Shown: positions 50,325 through 62,319, numbered from the stretch's first letter. The stretch is 64,000 nt of DNA from Felis catus (GCF_018350175.1 NC_058383.1:23128001-23192000), one strand, 5' to 3'. The notes: generated by a model not told the origin, from the letters alone. Numbers and translations: made by a program.

Positions 50325-50785
50325 CTTCATTTTTAAACTTTTCATGGGAAAGAATTTTTAGACTCACAGAAAAGTTGAAAGAATGGTATAGATTTCCAAC
50401 GTACCCTTCATCCAGCTTCCCCTAATGTTAGCATCTTATGTAACCACAGTCTGATTTTCATAACCAGGAAATTAACATTGCTACAGTTCTGCTAAGTAAA
50501 CTACAGACCTTACTCAAATCTTGCCAATATTTCCCCCAGTACCCTTTTCTGTTCCAGGGTCCCAAGTTGTCTAGTAGTTATGTTTCTTTAGTTTCTGGTC
50601 TTTCATCATCTTGACGCTTTTGATGAGCCCTTGTTTTGTAGAATACCTCTCAATGTGATTTTGTCTGATGTTTTCTCATGATTAAATTGAGGTTATGCAT
50701 TTCTGGTGAGAACAGCACAGGAGTGATGGTGTGTCCTTTTCAGTGCATCCTACCGGGGGTTCATGATGTTACTGTGTTTTATAAT
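50325..50785 (-). mobile_element. L1MC-like 3' end
   Basis: agactcacagaaaagttgaaagaa; aaccaggaaattaacattg; tgatgttttctcatgattaaattgaggttatgcattt. Confidence 0.75.
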
Positions 50786-51167
50786 AACTTTAAAAAAAAA
50801 ACAGGTAAGTTAACCCGCCCAATGTTCACAGTTTTGAACTGAGCAGAATTCTAAAACCACATTAAAGATGGTCTTAGAAGCAGAAAAGATTTATGGATGT
50901 TAGAAATGCAGGATCAAAACATAGGTAAGAGACCATGACTGCTCCTGACTTAAGTTGCTATTTGCATGTAGGTATGAACTAAGCTAAGAAGATCCTCCCA
51001 AGAGAAAACACAGAGCTTTCAGGTCACTGAGTCAGTAGTATAAGTAGCATTAGGAGGGCAGAGGGACACAATGGGGCTGTCGCTTTGTCTGCAGGAGCAG
51101 TTGTACTCAACTGAGGTGGCTGTGACCACAAAAGAATGTGGGCCCAGTGTGGCCAGATCTTGCAATT

Positions 51168-51385
51168 AAAAAAAATTTTTTTAATGTGTATTTATTTTTG
51201 ACATAGAGAGAGGCAGAGTGCAAGCAGGGGAGGGGCAGAGAGAGAGGGAGACACAGAATCCAAAGCAGGGTCCAGGTTCTGAGCTGTCAGCACAGAGCCT
51301 GATGCAGGGATTGAACCCACGAACTGTGAGATCATGACCTGAGCCGAAGTCGGCTGCTTAACCGACTGAGCCACCCAGGTGCCCC
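51168..51385 (-). mobile_element. Can-SINE inside a MER102-like element
   Basis: TSD gatctt(g/a)caatt. Confidence 0.92.
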
Positions 51386-51469
51386 TGATCTTACAATTTT
51401 TAAGAGCACCTAGTAATGTGGATTCCCATGTGAAATGGACCGTTATTTTTTTAATTATCATTCCCCCCC

Positions 51470-51994
51470 CCAGTTTTATTGAGATATAGTTCACATATAA
51501 CATTGTGTAAGTTTAAGGTATCCAGTGTGATGATTTGACATACATATATATTGCAAAATAATTACCACAATAAGATGAGTTACCATACCCATCATCTTGC
51601 ATAATTACCATTGTGTGTGAGGTAAGAACATTTAAGATCTACTCTCTAAGTAATTGTATATTAACAATATATTATTATATATTGTTATATATTATATTAA
51701 CAATAATACACTGTTGTTAACTATAGTCACCACAGTGCATATTAGCTCCCCAGAGTTGATTCATCTCACTGAATGTTTGTACCCTTTGACCAACATCTCC
51801 CCATTTCTGCCCTTCCCAAACTTTCTACTCTGTTTCTATGACTTTGGCTTTTGTTTTAGATTCCACACATAAGAGAGATCATATAGTATTTGCTTTTCTG
51901 TCTGACTTATTTTACTTAATATGATGCCCTCAGGGTACATCCATATTGTCACAAAAACGGGAGGGTTACTGTCTTCTTTGGGACTGAATAATAT

Positions 51995-52032
<38 letters not shown>

Positions 52033-52670
52033 TTGTTTCTTTATCTGTTCATCTGTTGACACTTAGGTTGCTTCCATGTCTTGGCTTCTGTAAATAATAC
52101 TATGAAAAACGTGGAAGTACAGATACCTCTTGGAGGTGGTGATTTCATTTCCTTCAGATGGATAACCAGAAGTGGAATTTCTGGGTCACATGGCCGCTCC
52201 AGTTTTCATTTTTTGAGGAACTTCCGTTCTGTTTTCCACAGTGGTTTCAACAATTCACCTTGCCACCAACAACACTGTAGAGTTCCCTTTTCTCTACATC
52301 CTTGCCAGCATTTGTTATCTCTTGTCTTTTTGATGGAGCCATTCTAACAGGTGTGAGGTGATATCTTATTTAGGCTTTGACTTGCGTTTCCCTGATGATT
52401 AATGATGTTGAGCATCTTTTCATGTACCTGTTGGCCATTTGTATGTCTTCTTTGGAAAAATGTCTAATGTCTATTCAGGTCCTCTGCCCTTTTGTTTTGT
52501 TTTGTTTTGTTTTGTTTTGTTTTGCTATGGAGTTGTAGGAGTTCCCTACATATATTTTGGATATTAACCCCTTCTCTGACCTATGGTTTGCAAATATTTT
52601 TTTCCATTCCATAGGTTGCCTCTTCATTCCATTGATTCTTTTGCTGTGCAGAAGCTTTCTGGTCTGATGT
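51470..52670 (-). mobile_element. L1MA9/L1_Carn-like 3' end containing (TG)n and (TTTTG)n
   Basis: ttttattgagatatag start; ORF2 C-terminal remnant (minus ORF 52475-52681, RQPMEWKKIFANH). Confidence 0.88.
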
Positions 52671-52709
52671 AAATGTTTCAAATGAATTAATTTAAAAACA
52701 GCAAGAGGA

Positions 52710-52890
52710 GGGGCACCTGGGTGGCTTAGTCTGTTGAGTGAGTGTAGAACTCTCGATTTCCACTCAGGTCATGGTCCCAGGGTTGTGGGATTGAGCTCTG
52801 CATTGGGTTCCATACTGAGCATGGAACCTGCTTGGGATTCTCTCTCTCTCTCCCTCTGCCCTCTCCCCAGCTTGCTCTCTCTCTCAAAAA

Positions 52891-52937
<47 letters not shown>

Positions 52938-52955
52938 AATAAAAAGGAAAAAAAC
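52710..52955 (+). mobile_element. Can-SINE with a (taaa)n tail
   Basis: TSD cagcaagagga. Confidence 0.9.
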
Positions 52956-53218
52956 CCAGCAAGAGGAGCTCTTTATGGGCCAAGGAAAACATATCTTTTT
53001 CCTGGGTGTGGCTCACATATCATCTCTGGGCAAGAAGACCAGAAAGCTGAGAAATTATATTTGAGGTAGATGAGAAGTCAGCTCCCAAAAGTCAGAAGTC
53101 TTGGCCTGATGGTCAGTGTAGCAGGTAAGGGCAGCACCCCAGAGGCTAATTGTGGGGTGAGGAAAATAGCATAAGGTAGGGATGTCAATACTGCCGAAAG
53201 CTACAGAAAGGTAAACAG

Positions 53219-53680
53219 TGTGGCCGAGACTGCCAGAGGCCCACTCCCTCTCCTTAGTGACAAAAATGCCTATATTTAGTGGAGTTTCACTCCACTTGGA
53301 ATAAAAGACTATTTTCCACTTTCTCTTGTAGATGAGTATGGCCATGTGATTAAATGAGTGACTACTGAGATGCAAGAGGAAGTGTGTAGGGTTTCCGGAA
53401 AGTCTCCTTAAAGGTAAGGGACACACACTTCTTTCCTCCTAGTCTTCCTCTGGCTGCCTGGAATATGGATGTAATGGCTAAGCACAAGCAGCCATCTTGG
53501 ACTATGAGGTGACTAAGGATAACAGAACATCAGGAAACTAGATCCCTGATAACTAAGGAGTTACCAGAGCAGTCCTGGACTCCTCCTCTCATGGCTTCTT
53601 ACTGTTGCAAGAGAAAAATAAATCTCCATGCTGCTCAAGTCACTGATATTTTGAGAGTATTCGATTGCATACATCTAGAG
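53219..53680 (+). mobile_element. MaLR LTR MLT1J-like
   Basis: ctgcctggaatatggatgtaatggct...gcagccatcttggactatgaggtgac. Confidence 0.7.
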
Positions 53681-53736
53681 CAAGGGATGAGGAAAAGTCA
53701 TTTGGGGAAGATAACAGATTCTATCTGAGATTAAAT

Positions 53737-53910
53737 CAGTGTTTCTCAAAATGCTCCACATTCTAGCAGACATCAAGGTCACCCAGAGTGGCCACGCAGA
53801 TCCCAAGGGACTACCCCAGATCTCCTAAATCAGCCTCTCTGGAGGTAGATCCCAGAAACTGCATTGAAACTTGTTTCCCGGTGGTTTTATGCACATTAGA
53901 GTTTCTGACC
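53737..53910. mobile_element. MER5B-like MITE
   Basis: cagtgtttctcaaaatg...taaatcagcctctctggaggtagatcccagaaactgcatt. Confidence 0.6.
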
Positions 53911-54009
53911 TAGAAGAAGGCATGATAGGGAGGGGAAGAAGGAATCCAATTTGCCTGAAATGGAAGGTTACTATATGCTGCCCTCCCTGTCCCTGCCCTG
54001 TTAAGCTCG

Positions 54010-54297
54010 AGCAAAACAGTGAGACTTGCTTTGGCCAGTCATATGTGAGTAGAAGCGACATGTGTCACTTCTAAGAAGAATCTCTTAATGTTAGCACACG
54101 GTTTACCACATTTCAGTGACATTCCAAGTAGAGGCTGTATTATCAGCCTGGGTCTTGGGCTAAGGAGGATGTGGAACAGAGCCTGACTCGCGCGTGCTGG
54201 AAATGTGGAGTGAGTGAGCAAGAAATAACCTTCACTGAGGTAAGCCACTGAGAGGTGAGGGTCATTACACCGGCAGAACCTAACCTATTCTGATTGC
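54010..54297 (+). mobile_element. MaLR LTR MLT1L-like fragment
   Basis: gacttgctttggcca...gagtagaagcgacatgtgtcacttc; taagccactgaga. Confidence 0.6.
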
Positions 54298-54384
54298 AAG
54301 CATCACTTCACCTAAAGACAACTCACCTAGTTGGCTGTACATATAAATCCAAGATTATTTCCTTAAAGAAAATTTTTACTTACT

Positions 54385-54604
54385 TAAAAGAAAAATTTTA
54401 AATGTTTATTTGTTTTTGAGAGGGAGAGAGACAGAGCGTGATCGGGGAGGGGCAGAGAGAGAGAGAGGGACACAGAATCCGAAGCAGGCTCCAGGCTCCG
54501 CACCCTCAGCACAGAGGCCGATGCGGGGCTCAAACTCATGAACTGTGAGATCATGACCTGAGCCGAAGTTGGATGCTCAACCTACTGAGCCACCCAGGCG
54601 CCCC
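54385..54604 (-). mobile_element. Can-SINE
   Basis: aatgtttatttgtttttgagaggg...ctgagccacccaggcgcccc. Confidence 0.92.
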
Positions 54605-56499
54605 ATTATTTTTTTATTTCTTTGGAATGCTAACTGTGCACTGTTTCATTCCTTTGCAGGTCTTTTCCCTCTTCCGTCTGCTGAATAACCTTTCTTTAGT
54701 GTGTGTTTCTCCCAATAAATATTTGCAGACCTACTGCATTTTGTATAGAATTTGCCAAATTCATCCCTTTTGATGATTTTTGCCTCCTCCTTGAATTCCA
54801 TTTTGTTTTGTTTTGTACCGTGCATGCCTGAGTGTACTTTATGAGCTAAGGCCAAATTAATATGTAGCCAGCATTCTCCCCTGTTTAAGAAGGCATTGGC
54901 ATTTTGACAGCAAGGATGAAGACATGAGATAGATAGGTTCAGAATTGTATTGAATTCCACTCTATCTTATTTTTCGAGATACTTAATTCATGAAGGAATT
55001 CTGGGATTAAGAGACACAGTGATACACAGAACATTGCTACCAAATGTATTTATTACTAAATTACAAAACTTTGCAGAAAAGGGCTCCAGACAAGCTAGCA
55101 AAAAGCCATTAACGTATTTGAACATTGATTCATTGAACAAATGTTTACCGAGTGCCTCAAATCTACCCAGGAGTACAGCAGGGATAAGATAGGAGGCTGC
55201 CCTCATGGAGAGCAGCTGGGGCAGGATTTAGAGCCAGTAGCACGACTGAGCGATTTACTGGACCCTTCCTCCCTGGAGCCTCGGTTTCCCTGTCTGTGAA
55301 ATGAAGATGATCATAATTCACACGGTCGTATGAGAAAACGAGCTCATGACACAGAGCTGCCAGACCACAAATGCTTAAGGGTTGGTGGCCTTGTTGGCAT
55401 GAGGCAAACGTCTTGGAGTGAGGAAGCGGGCACTAAGAAGAAGGTTGCTTTTCTAGAGAAAGCTGTGATGGTGGAGAAAGGAAGATGGCGGCGGGCTGAG
55501 GGAAAGGGTCACTCAAGGATGCTCCCTGGCAGAGGCAGAAGGGAAAAATATCGAGGACTCAAGAGAAGTGAGCAGTAGATGGGATCAAGCCTTGGAAAAC
55601 CCTGGCTGGCATGGAATCCAGGGCTTAGGGAGACGAGTTTAGCTTCACCCCTTGAGATGGAGCTGCTCTGCAGAGGCAGTGGTGAGCCCCAGGGCTGGAG
55701 CGCCAAGGTGCCCAGGGATCTTGAGGCAGAGGGGGGGAGGAAGCTAAAGGGTCCCGTGGTCTCCGGAAGGGAGAGGGCACTGATGTGGCAGCTCGAAGTG
55801 GCCGGGAAAGGTTGGCAGAGTGAGCGCAGCTCCGGTCTGATCCCTTGGTTCTGCCTGTGGAGTCAACAGGTGCCAAGAGACCTATGGAATGACGCTGGCC
55901 AGAAACACTCTCTCCTTCCTTGGCTTTTTAAGAAACTTCCTTCCTCCTCAACCCCCTAAAATTTTGTTTTTTTAAAGAATTCACGTGATTTCTAATCTGA
56001 GAAGCAGACCTTTTTTTTTTTTTTTTTTTTTTTTCCTTTTTTGCCCCAGGCTTCCTAGGAACCTAAAAGCATCCTGGCTGTCACTCTCTCCCCAGAGTGA
56101 CTGTGTGGGAGGAGAATCTGGTCAGCTCCCCATCACTCAGCCCTTTGATGACTTACCATTTGCCCTTTGTTTGAGAGAGGCCAAATGAGTTAACCTGGCC
56201 TATAAGGCCGTGCTGACCTGGCTCTGCTTCCTCCCAGAGGTGCCTCGGATTTTCCTGTGTAGAAGGCAGGGCACTGGTCTCCAAGCCATACATGCTTTTA
56301 CAGTGGCATGAAAGCTTACAACACTTTGCCCAAGACTGAGACAGCCTCCGTTGTCCGTTCCAAACAATGGAGGTGGTGGGACCAACACATAGAAGGCACC
56401 CACCGGCTTCTCTGACTTCAGGCTTCACCGTGTGTGGAACTTGGCATGGCACTTGCTCCAGTGACTGACTGATGAGGGAGATTTCGTGCTGCGTTGGTG

Positions 56500-56810
56500 C
56501 TCACCCCTGGGTCTTCGTCTGTGCTGTTCCCCCGTGCCTGGAATCCTTGACCTTTCTTAGCCTGGGTAATTTCTACTCGTCCTTCGGATTGTAACTTGAA
56601 CGGCCCCCGCTCCCACAGCCTTCGTTGCTTCCGTCCCTTTGTCTATCCTCATTACAATCGCCGGCTTAAAGGTCCGTCTCCTTCACTAGACTGGAGGAAT
56701 GTTGTGTCCCCGGGCCCGCAGCCCAATTCTGCGCTCCTGGCACAGGGCAGAAATCAATGCATGTCTGCAAAAGGACTCACCGAATGACGGAATAAATGAA
56801 TGAATTTAAC
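56500..56810 (+). mobile_element. L2b-like 3' end, CpG-retaining
   Basis: gtgctgttcccccgtgcctggaat; cctggcacag...aatgaatgaat. Confidence 0.6.
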
Positions 56811-57044
56811 AGTGGCCCAAAAGAAACAGTGACGGACTCTACCCGCAGGTGGAGGCAGTTGAACAGGCAGAGCAGAGTGGGAAGAGCCCACAGCTGGGAC
56901 AAAGAAACAGCTTGGGAGGCCGGTACAGGTTCACTCCTGCCCAGAGGTTCTCGCCCGCGTTGCTGGTAAGCCATGTTATACCGATGCAGCTGCCTTCTGA
57001 AGCTGCAGGATGGCCCTTATCAAAAAGTGGGTGCTGTGCAGTCA

Positions 57045-57200
57045 CCCGGTGATTAAACTCAAAACCATTGGCTTTGGAGGTGGACTTACGAGTTCAAATC
57101 CAGGTTTTGCTACTTGCCCGGCTGGGAGATCTGGAGCAAGCCACTTAACTCACCCTCTGAGCCTTCAGGTTTTCCTCTGACACACGGGCACTATGATAAT
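57045..57200 (+). mobile_element. MIR
   Basis: gagttcaaatccagg...gcaagccacttaactcaccctctgagcc. Confidence 0.7.
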
Positions 57201-57209
57201 AGCAGCAGC

Positions 57210-57920
57210 CCCCCTCGCAGAGATGCTAAAAGTGGCGGAGGAAGCAAAGCAAGCAGGGGCGCCAGGCACAGAGCAGGGCACGGGCACTTAGGGCGGCTCA
57301 GTCCGAGAGGCGGGGTTTAGCGGGGTGTGGGGGCATTGGGCTCCGCTCCAGCTCGCCCAGCGGGCCCCCTAGGCCCAGTGCACCTGCCCGCAACTCCCGC
57401 AGCCTCTCCCGAAGGCGGGCAGGGGCAGCAGAGGGTCTGGGGTTTCCAGCCCGAATGGGGGAGGCCTGCGGGCACGCGGCTTCGAGCAGCGCGGCGGCCC
57501 ACAAAGTGGCCCTTTAAATGGTTTTTATAGCGGCATAAAAGCGCCAGCAGGCGGCCGAGCCCCTCCGGTGACCTCCGAGCTGGTGGTAAATTGCCTCTCG
57601 CGGGAGAGGCGGCTGCGGGGAGCTTCGGGATCAATAGCTGAGCCTGGCCTGCGGAGGGGCGCTCTGGGCGGCGCAGCCCGGGCCTGATTGTCGGCGCTGC
57701 GGTGGGGCGTGGGGGCGCGGGAGGGGCGGAGACCCAGACGTGCCCCGGACCGGACAGGCAAGGCCGAAGCCAGGTCACCGCGAGGCCCTGTCCTCCCTGA
57801 GGAGGCTGGGGTCCCTGCGTACTGGGAATCCTGGGGTCGGAGGGAGTGTTTTGGGGAGGGGGCAGAGATGGCCCCGGATCTTGGGTCTGAAGGGAGGCTG
57901 TAGCCTGGGCCCGAAGCAGC
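57210..57920. promoter_or_regulatory. CpG island (orphan promoter or enhancer candidate)
   Basis: Very high GC with dense CpG, GC boxes (ggggcgtgg, ggggcgga) and an AT-rich core at 57500-57545. Confidence 0.85.
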
Positions 57921-58172
57921 CTCCACTGTCCCCTTCCTGCAAAGGGGCCACTCAGGGGCTGGTGTCAAATTAGGAGGCCATAAGAAGACAGTGACTGCAG
58001 GCGTCAGCCCCGGCAACAAGTCTAGGTGTGTGATTCCACCTTTGGCTCTCAGACTTTGAGGAAATGACTTCACTTCCTTGGACCTCCCTTCCTTATCTGC
58101 AAAATGGAATTGCAAGGTAGTGGCTCAAGTTGACATGTTCTCCTAGGTTGACATCTACAGTGCACGTCCCTC

Positions 58173-58546
58173 TGCTGTGGTCTGAATGCCTGTGTCTCTC
58201 CCCGCCCTCCCCCCAGATTCATATGTTGAAGCCTAGTGCCCAAAGCCATGGCTTTAGGAGGTGGGCCTTTGGGAGGGGATTAGGTCATGAGGGAGGAGCC
58301 TTCATAAAAGAGGCCCCAGAGAGCTCCCTCTCTCCTTCCAGCCTGTGAAGACACAGCAAGAAGTGAGCTGTTGGTGAACCAGAAAGAGGGCTCCCACCAG
58401 ACATCAAATCTGCCGGTGCCTTGATCTGAAACTTTCCAGCCAGCCTTCAGAACTGTGAGGAATCAATTTCTGTTGTTTATAAGCGTTCCCCTCCCCCGCC
58501 CCCGTTTTATGGTATTTTTGTTACAGCGGCTGAAGGGAACAAGACA
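58173..58546 (+). mobile_element. MaLR solo LTR MLT1A-like
   Basis: tgctgtggtctgaatg...attcatatgttgaagcc...tatggtatttttgttacagcggctgaagggaacaagaca. Confidence 0.85.
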
Positions 58547-59429
58547 CTACCACTGGGCCCTGCAGACATGATTAATCGATAGCTGCAGGCCTCAGAGCCT
58601 CAGCCTTTGCTCTGAGAGCTGCCTAATCAGGGCTGGGCTCTGGATGAAACCAAGGGTCCCTCACGGACCTGGGGCCTTGCCAGACCAAGGGCTTCAAGCT
58701 ATATCACAGTTATACCCTTCTAGCCTCACTTAAGAATGAATAAACCTACACTTGTTACCCATAAGCATGTTCCAGCTTTCACCGCACTGGAAAAGTTTGT
58801 GTCAGCCAGGGTGTTTATGCATAAACATGCATATCTTCTCAGACATTATTTAGAGGAAGATAATGTACCTGAGGACACTCCATCTGCAGAATCTAATGAG
58901 CATCATCAGATATTTACTTAAATGGAAACTCTGGTGTATCATTTGCCTGTTAGGACCTATCACGTTGATGTAATAGCTCATCAGGTTTTGAAAATTAGAT
59001 GAGATAATATATGTAAAGTACTTGGCACAGTACCTACAGCATGACATGTGCTCGGTAAAAAGCTAGCACTAATATTAAGATATCAGGGACTGCAGCCCCG
59101 AGGGTGTAAGCATGCGTCACTGTTTAGTTAAGATTAGGTTCTGCTGTGTAAGTAGAAACTACTCTGCTTGATAAGGTCATGCCCACGCCTTACCCACTTC
59201 CCTTTCAGTCCCATTCTCCTCCCCCCGCCCCCACGTGCAGGCTTTTCTTGGGAGCACATCTAATAAATGGTTTTCACCTGAATGCTTGTTTCTAGGGCTG
59301 CTTCTGCAGAACCCATTCTAGGGCAAGCGCCGTTACTCACTAATATTGGGACCACTCAGATTCTAAGCCCCGTCGACATATCAGAGCTCAGCAGCACTCT
59401 TACCCCTGCTGGTCAGGCTCACATCGATA

Positions 59430-59640
59430 GCAGCTAACACTTGTACCAGTCACTACAACAGATACTTAACATACATGAACTGATTCAATCCTCACAAGTA
59501 ACTCTATGAAGTGGGTTCTCTTATTCACGTTTGCAGATGAAGAATCTGAGAACCAGAGAGGTCAAGTGACTTGCCCAAGGTCCCACAGCTAGTTAAGTGG
59601 TAGATCCTGAATTTAGACCTAGGCAATTTGGCTCTTGGAG
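59430..59640 (-). mobile_element. MIR
   Basis: ttgcagatgaagaatctgag...gaggtcaagtgacttgcccaaggtcccacagctagt. Confidence 0.8.
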
Positions 59641-59670
59641 TTTGGGCATTTCTTTTAAGTTTATTTATTT

Positions 59671-59893
59671 ATTTATTTAACTTTTTTTTTTCAACGTTTA
59701 TTTTTTTTGGGACAGAGAGAGATAGATCATGAATGGGGGAGGGGCAGAGAGAGAGGGAGACGCAGAATCGGAAACAGGCTCCAGGCTCTGAGCCATCAGC
59801 CCAGAGCCCGACGCGGGGCTGGAACTCACGGACCGCGAGATCGTGACCTGGCTGAAGTCGGACGCTTAACCGACTGCACCACCCAGGCGCCCC
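59671..59893 (-). mobile_element. Young SINEC_Fc-type
   Basis: CpG-rich; TSD taagtttatttattt at 59656-59670 and 59894-59908. Confidence 0.93.
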
Positions 59894-60008
59894 TAAGTTT
59901 ATTTATTTTAAGAGAGAGAGAGAATCCCAAGCAGGCTCTGTGCTGTCAATGCAGAGTCCAATGCAGGTCTCAGTCATGACCTGAGCCAAAATCAAGAGTC
60001 AGACACTT

Positions 60009-60242
60009 GGGGCGCCTGGGTGGCTCAGTCGGTTAAGCGACCAACTTTGGCTCGGGTCATGATCTCGCGGTCTGTGAGTTCGAGCCCTGCGTCGGGCTCT
60101 GTGCTGACGGCTCAGAGCCTGGAGCCTGTTTCAGATTCTGTGTCTCCCTCTCTCTGACCCTCCCCTGTTCATGCTGTGTCTCTCCCTGTCTCAAAAATAA
60201 ATAAAACGTTAAAAAAATTTTTTTTTAATTAAAAAAAAAAAA
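60009..60242 (+). mobile_element. Young felid SINE
   Basis: TSD aagagtcagacactt at 59994-60008 and 60243-60257. Confidence 0.93.
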
Positions 60243-60636
60243 AAGAGTCAGACACTTAACCTCCTGAGCCACCCAGGCACCCCAGAGTTTGGGCTTAACC
60301 GTGCACTCTGTAGCCAATTACTAGAAGGCACCCGGGAGAACTCAGTAACTAAATGGCAAGAGCTGTTGACATAAGCAACAGATCAGTTGGGAAGTGCATT
60401 ATTCTTGGCAAATAAAAGAATTTGATTGAAAAAACAACCAAAATGTCTATGAGAAGAAATTTTGAGTGAGGCTAAATGAAAATAAATAAAATTGAGTGGT
60501 TTTTTGAAGAAAAAAAAAACCAATGAGTTTGTGTATAATGTTTTCCTGGGGTCTTGTTGGCCCTTGATTAGTGTCACCTCTGACCTCTAGACATCCTGAC
60601 TCTGAGGTCTGGTAATCCAAATCAAAAATAGTTCCA

Positions 60637-60847
60637 GGGGCACCTGGGTGGCTCAGTCAGTTAAGCATCTGACTCTTGATTTCAGCTCAGGTCATGATCT
60701 CACAGTTCATGGGTTCAAGACCCATGTCAGGCCTGCACTGACATCAAGGGTCTGCTTGGGGTTCTCTCTCTCCCTCTGTCTCTCTCTGTCCCTCCCCTAC
60801 TCATGCTTTCTCTCTCTGTCTCTTTCTCAAACAAATAAATAAACAAG
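60637..60847 (+). mobile_element. Can-SINE
   Basis: TSD aaaaatagttcc at 60624-60635 and 60848-60859. Confidence 0.92.
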
Positions 60848-60912
60848 AAAAATAGTTCCTGTTAGGGTCTCCTGCCTGGAGAACTAGGTGACAGGTGAGT
60901 ACACATGTAATA

Positions 60913-60913
<1 letters not shown>

Positions 60914-60968
<55 letters not shown>
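60914..60968. repeat. (CA)n microsatellite, about 27 units
   Basis: Direct inspection. Confidence 0.97.
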
Positions 60969-60970
<2 letters not shown>

Positions 60971-61149
60971 GGAGGTGTCATCCTTAGAAAACAAAAGAGG
61001 CCCGAGCTGTTCCTGTGAGGCCTCTGTTGTCTGGATTCTTCCTCCCAGAAGCTGGAATCATCTCATTTAGGTTCTGGCCAAGAGGGATAGCGTTGGGTGG
61101 GGGGTTACTGAAAGCTTGAACTAAGGTGAGGGAGAGAGGGGATGTAAGG

Positions 61150-61531
61150 TAGGGGACTGGAATGTTCCAGATGGCTTCTTCATGCACAGGTGCCTGGGCT
61201 GGGACGGCTGAAAGAACTAAATGCTGGTTGGCACCTCTCTCTCTTGTCTCTCTGTCCCTCTCTCTCTTTTCATGTGACCTCTCCTTCTGGCTAGCTTGGG
61301 TTTCCTCACAGCATGGAAGTTTCAGGGTAATCTGACTTACGTGGGGGTTGGCTTCCACCCAAGTGTGCAGTCAAAGGGTGTTCACTCTCTTAAAGGCTAG
61401 ACCTAGAACTGCCATGGGATCACTTCTGCCAAATTCCATTGACCAAGTCAGGTGCTAACCCAGCTTGAAGGGGAGGGGGAAAAGACTCCATCTTTATGCC
61501 AGAGGAGGGACCAAGAATTTACTTTGCCACA
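61150..61531 (-). mobile_element. MaLR LTR MLT1G/H-like fragment
   Basis: gctagcttgggtttcctcacagcatgg; tcacttctgccaaattccattgaccaag; ends ccaca. Confidence 0.6.
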
Positions 61532-61889
61532 GACTATGACGTTAGCAAGATACAAAGTTTTATTGTTAAGCTACTGGGATGTTGGGATTGTTAGAGTAGC
61601 TGGCCGATACTGAAAAATTACACCCTGTTGTGACCCAAGTGTAGGGGCTCATTTGCATCTTCCTTGTAAAGGAGTCCCTTCTACAAGGAGCATCTAGTAA
61701 ATGAAGCAAAACAGAGAGAATGAAAGACACTGTACAAGGAATAATCTCTGGCTCTTATGAAGACCTCCTTTTTCTGATCTTCGAACTCCTTTTACATGAA
61801 AGGAAAATAAGTTCAAGCAAGAGCTCTAGGGACTCATCTTTGGTTCAAAGAAATATTTCATTAAGGAAATCAAGCTAGTAGTCAAAACG

Positions 61890-62000
61890 ATCTATAGCCA
61901 GAATGGACTGTCTTCGAAGTAGTGAGCTACCCATCACTGAGAGGTGTTTGAGCAGAGGGTGGTGTCACAGGATGCTGGAGGAAAGATCCAGGCTTCATTA
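61890..62000 (+). mobile_element. L3/CR1 3' fragment
   Basis: gaatggactgtcttcgaagtagtgagctacccatcactgagaggtgtttgagcagagg. Confidence 0.65.
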
Positions 62001-62319
62001 CTTCCATCCCCAAGACTAGTTATGCTTAAACCCAGTGGGATCCCAGTTGGTGGGAAACTTTCCAATCCCAGGAGACCATCTGCTTAGTCATCTAACCAGG
62101 ATTACAGCATCTACAGCATACTGAACAGCAGCTAAGGAGCATGAGTGTTCATTTCTTAAGAGAGTTCCGAGGCCAGGTAATAAGAAATTGGTCCTTGGCG
62201 TTTGATGGCAATAATGTATTTTACGAAAGTCTTTTGTGGTCTGCTGTGAACTTCTCTAGGATAGGAACAAGGCCTTAAACGTGCTTTGTTCCTTCCTTTC
62301 TGCCTCTCATCCCCAACTT

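Larger units (their letters stand above)
59648..60283 (-). mobile_element. Older Can-SINE hosting two younger SINEs
   Basis: Outer TSD gagtttgggc at 59638-59647 and 60285-60294; body pieces at 59894-60008 and 60258-60283. Confidence 0.85.

Noticed and set aside
52081..52681. ORFs within the L1, one resembling the ORF2 C-terminus
   Set aside because: Decayed, 5'-truncated L1 fragment; not an intact coding sequence.
57298..58115. Longest ORFs (196 aa and 153 aa, minus strand) over the CpG island
   Set aside because: Pro/Ala/Arg/Gly-rich products expected from stop-poor GC-rich DNA; the 196-aa ORF begins in a MIR; no recognisable domain.
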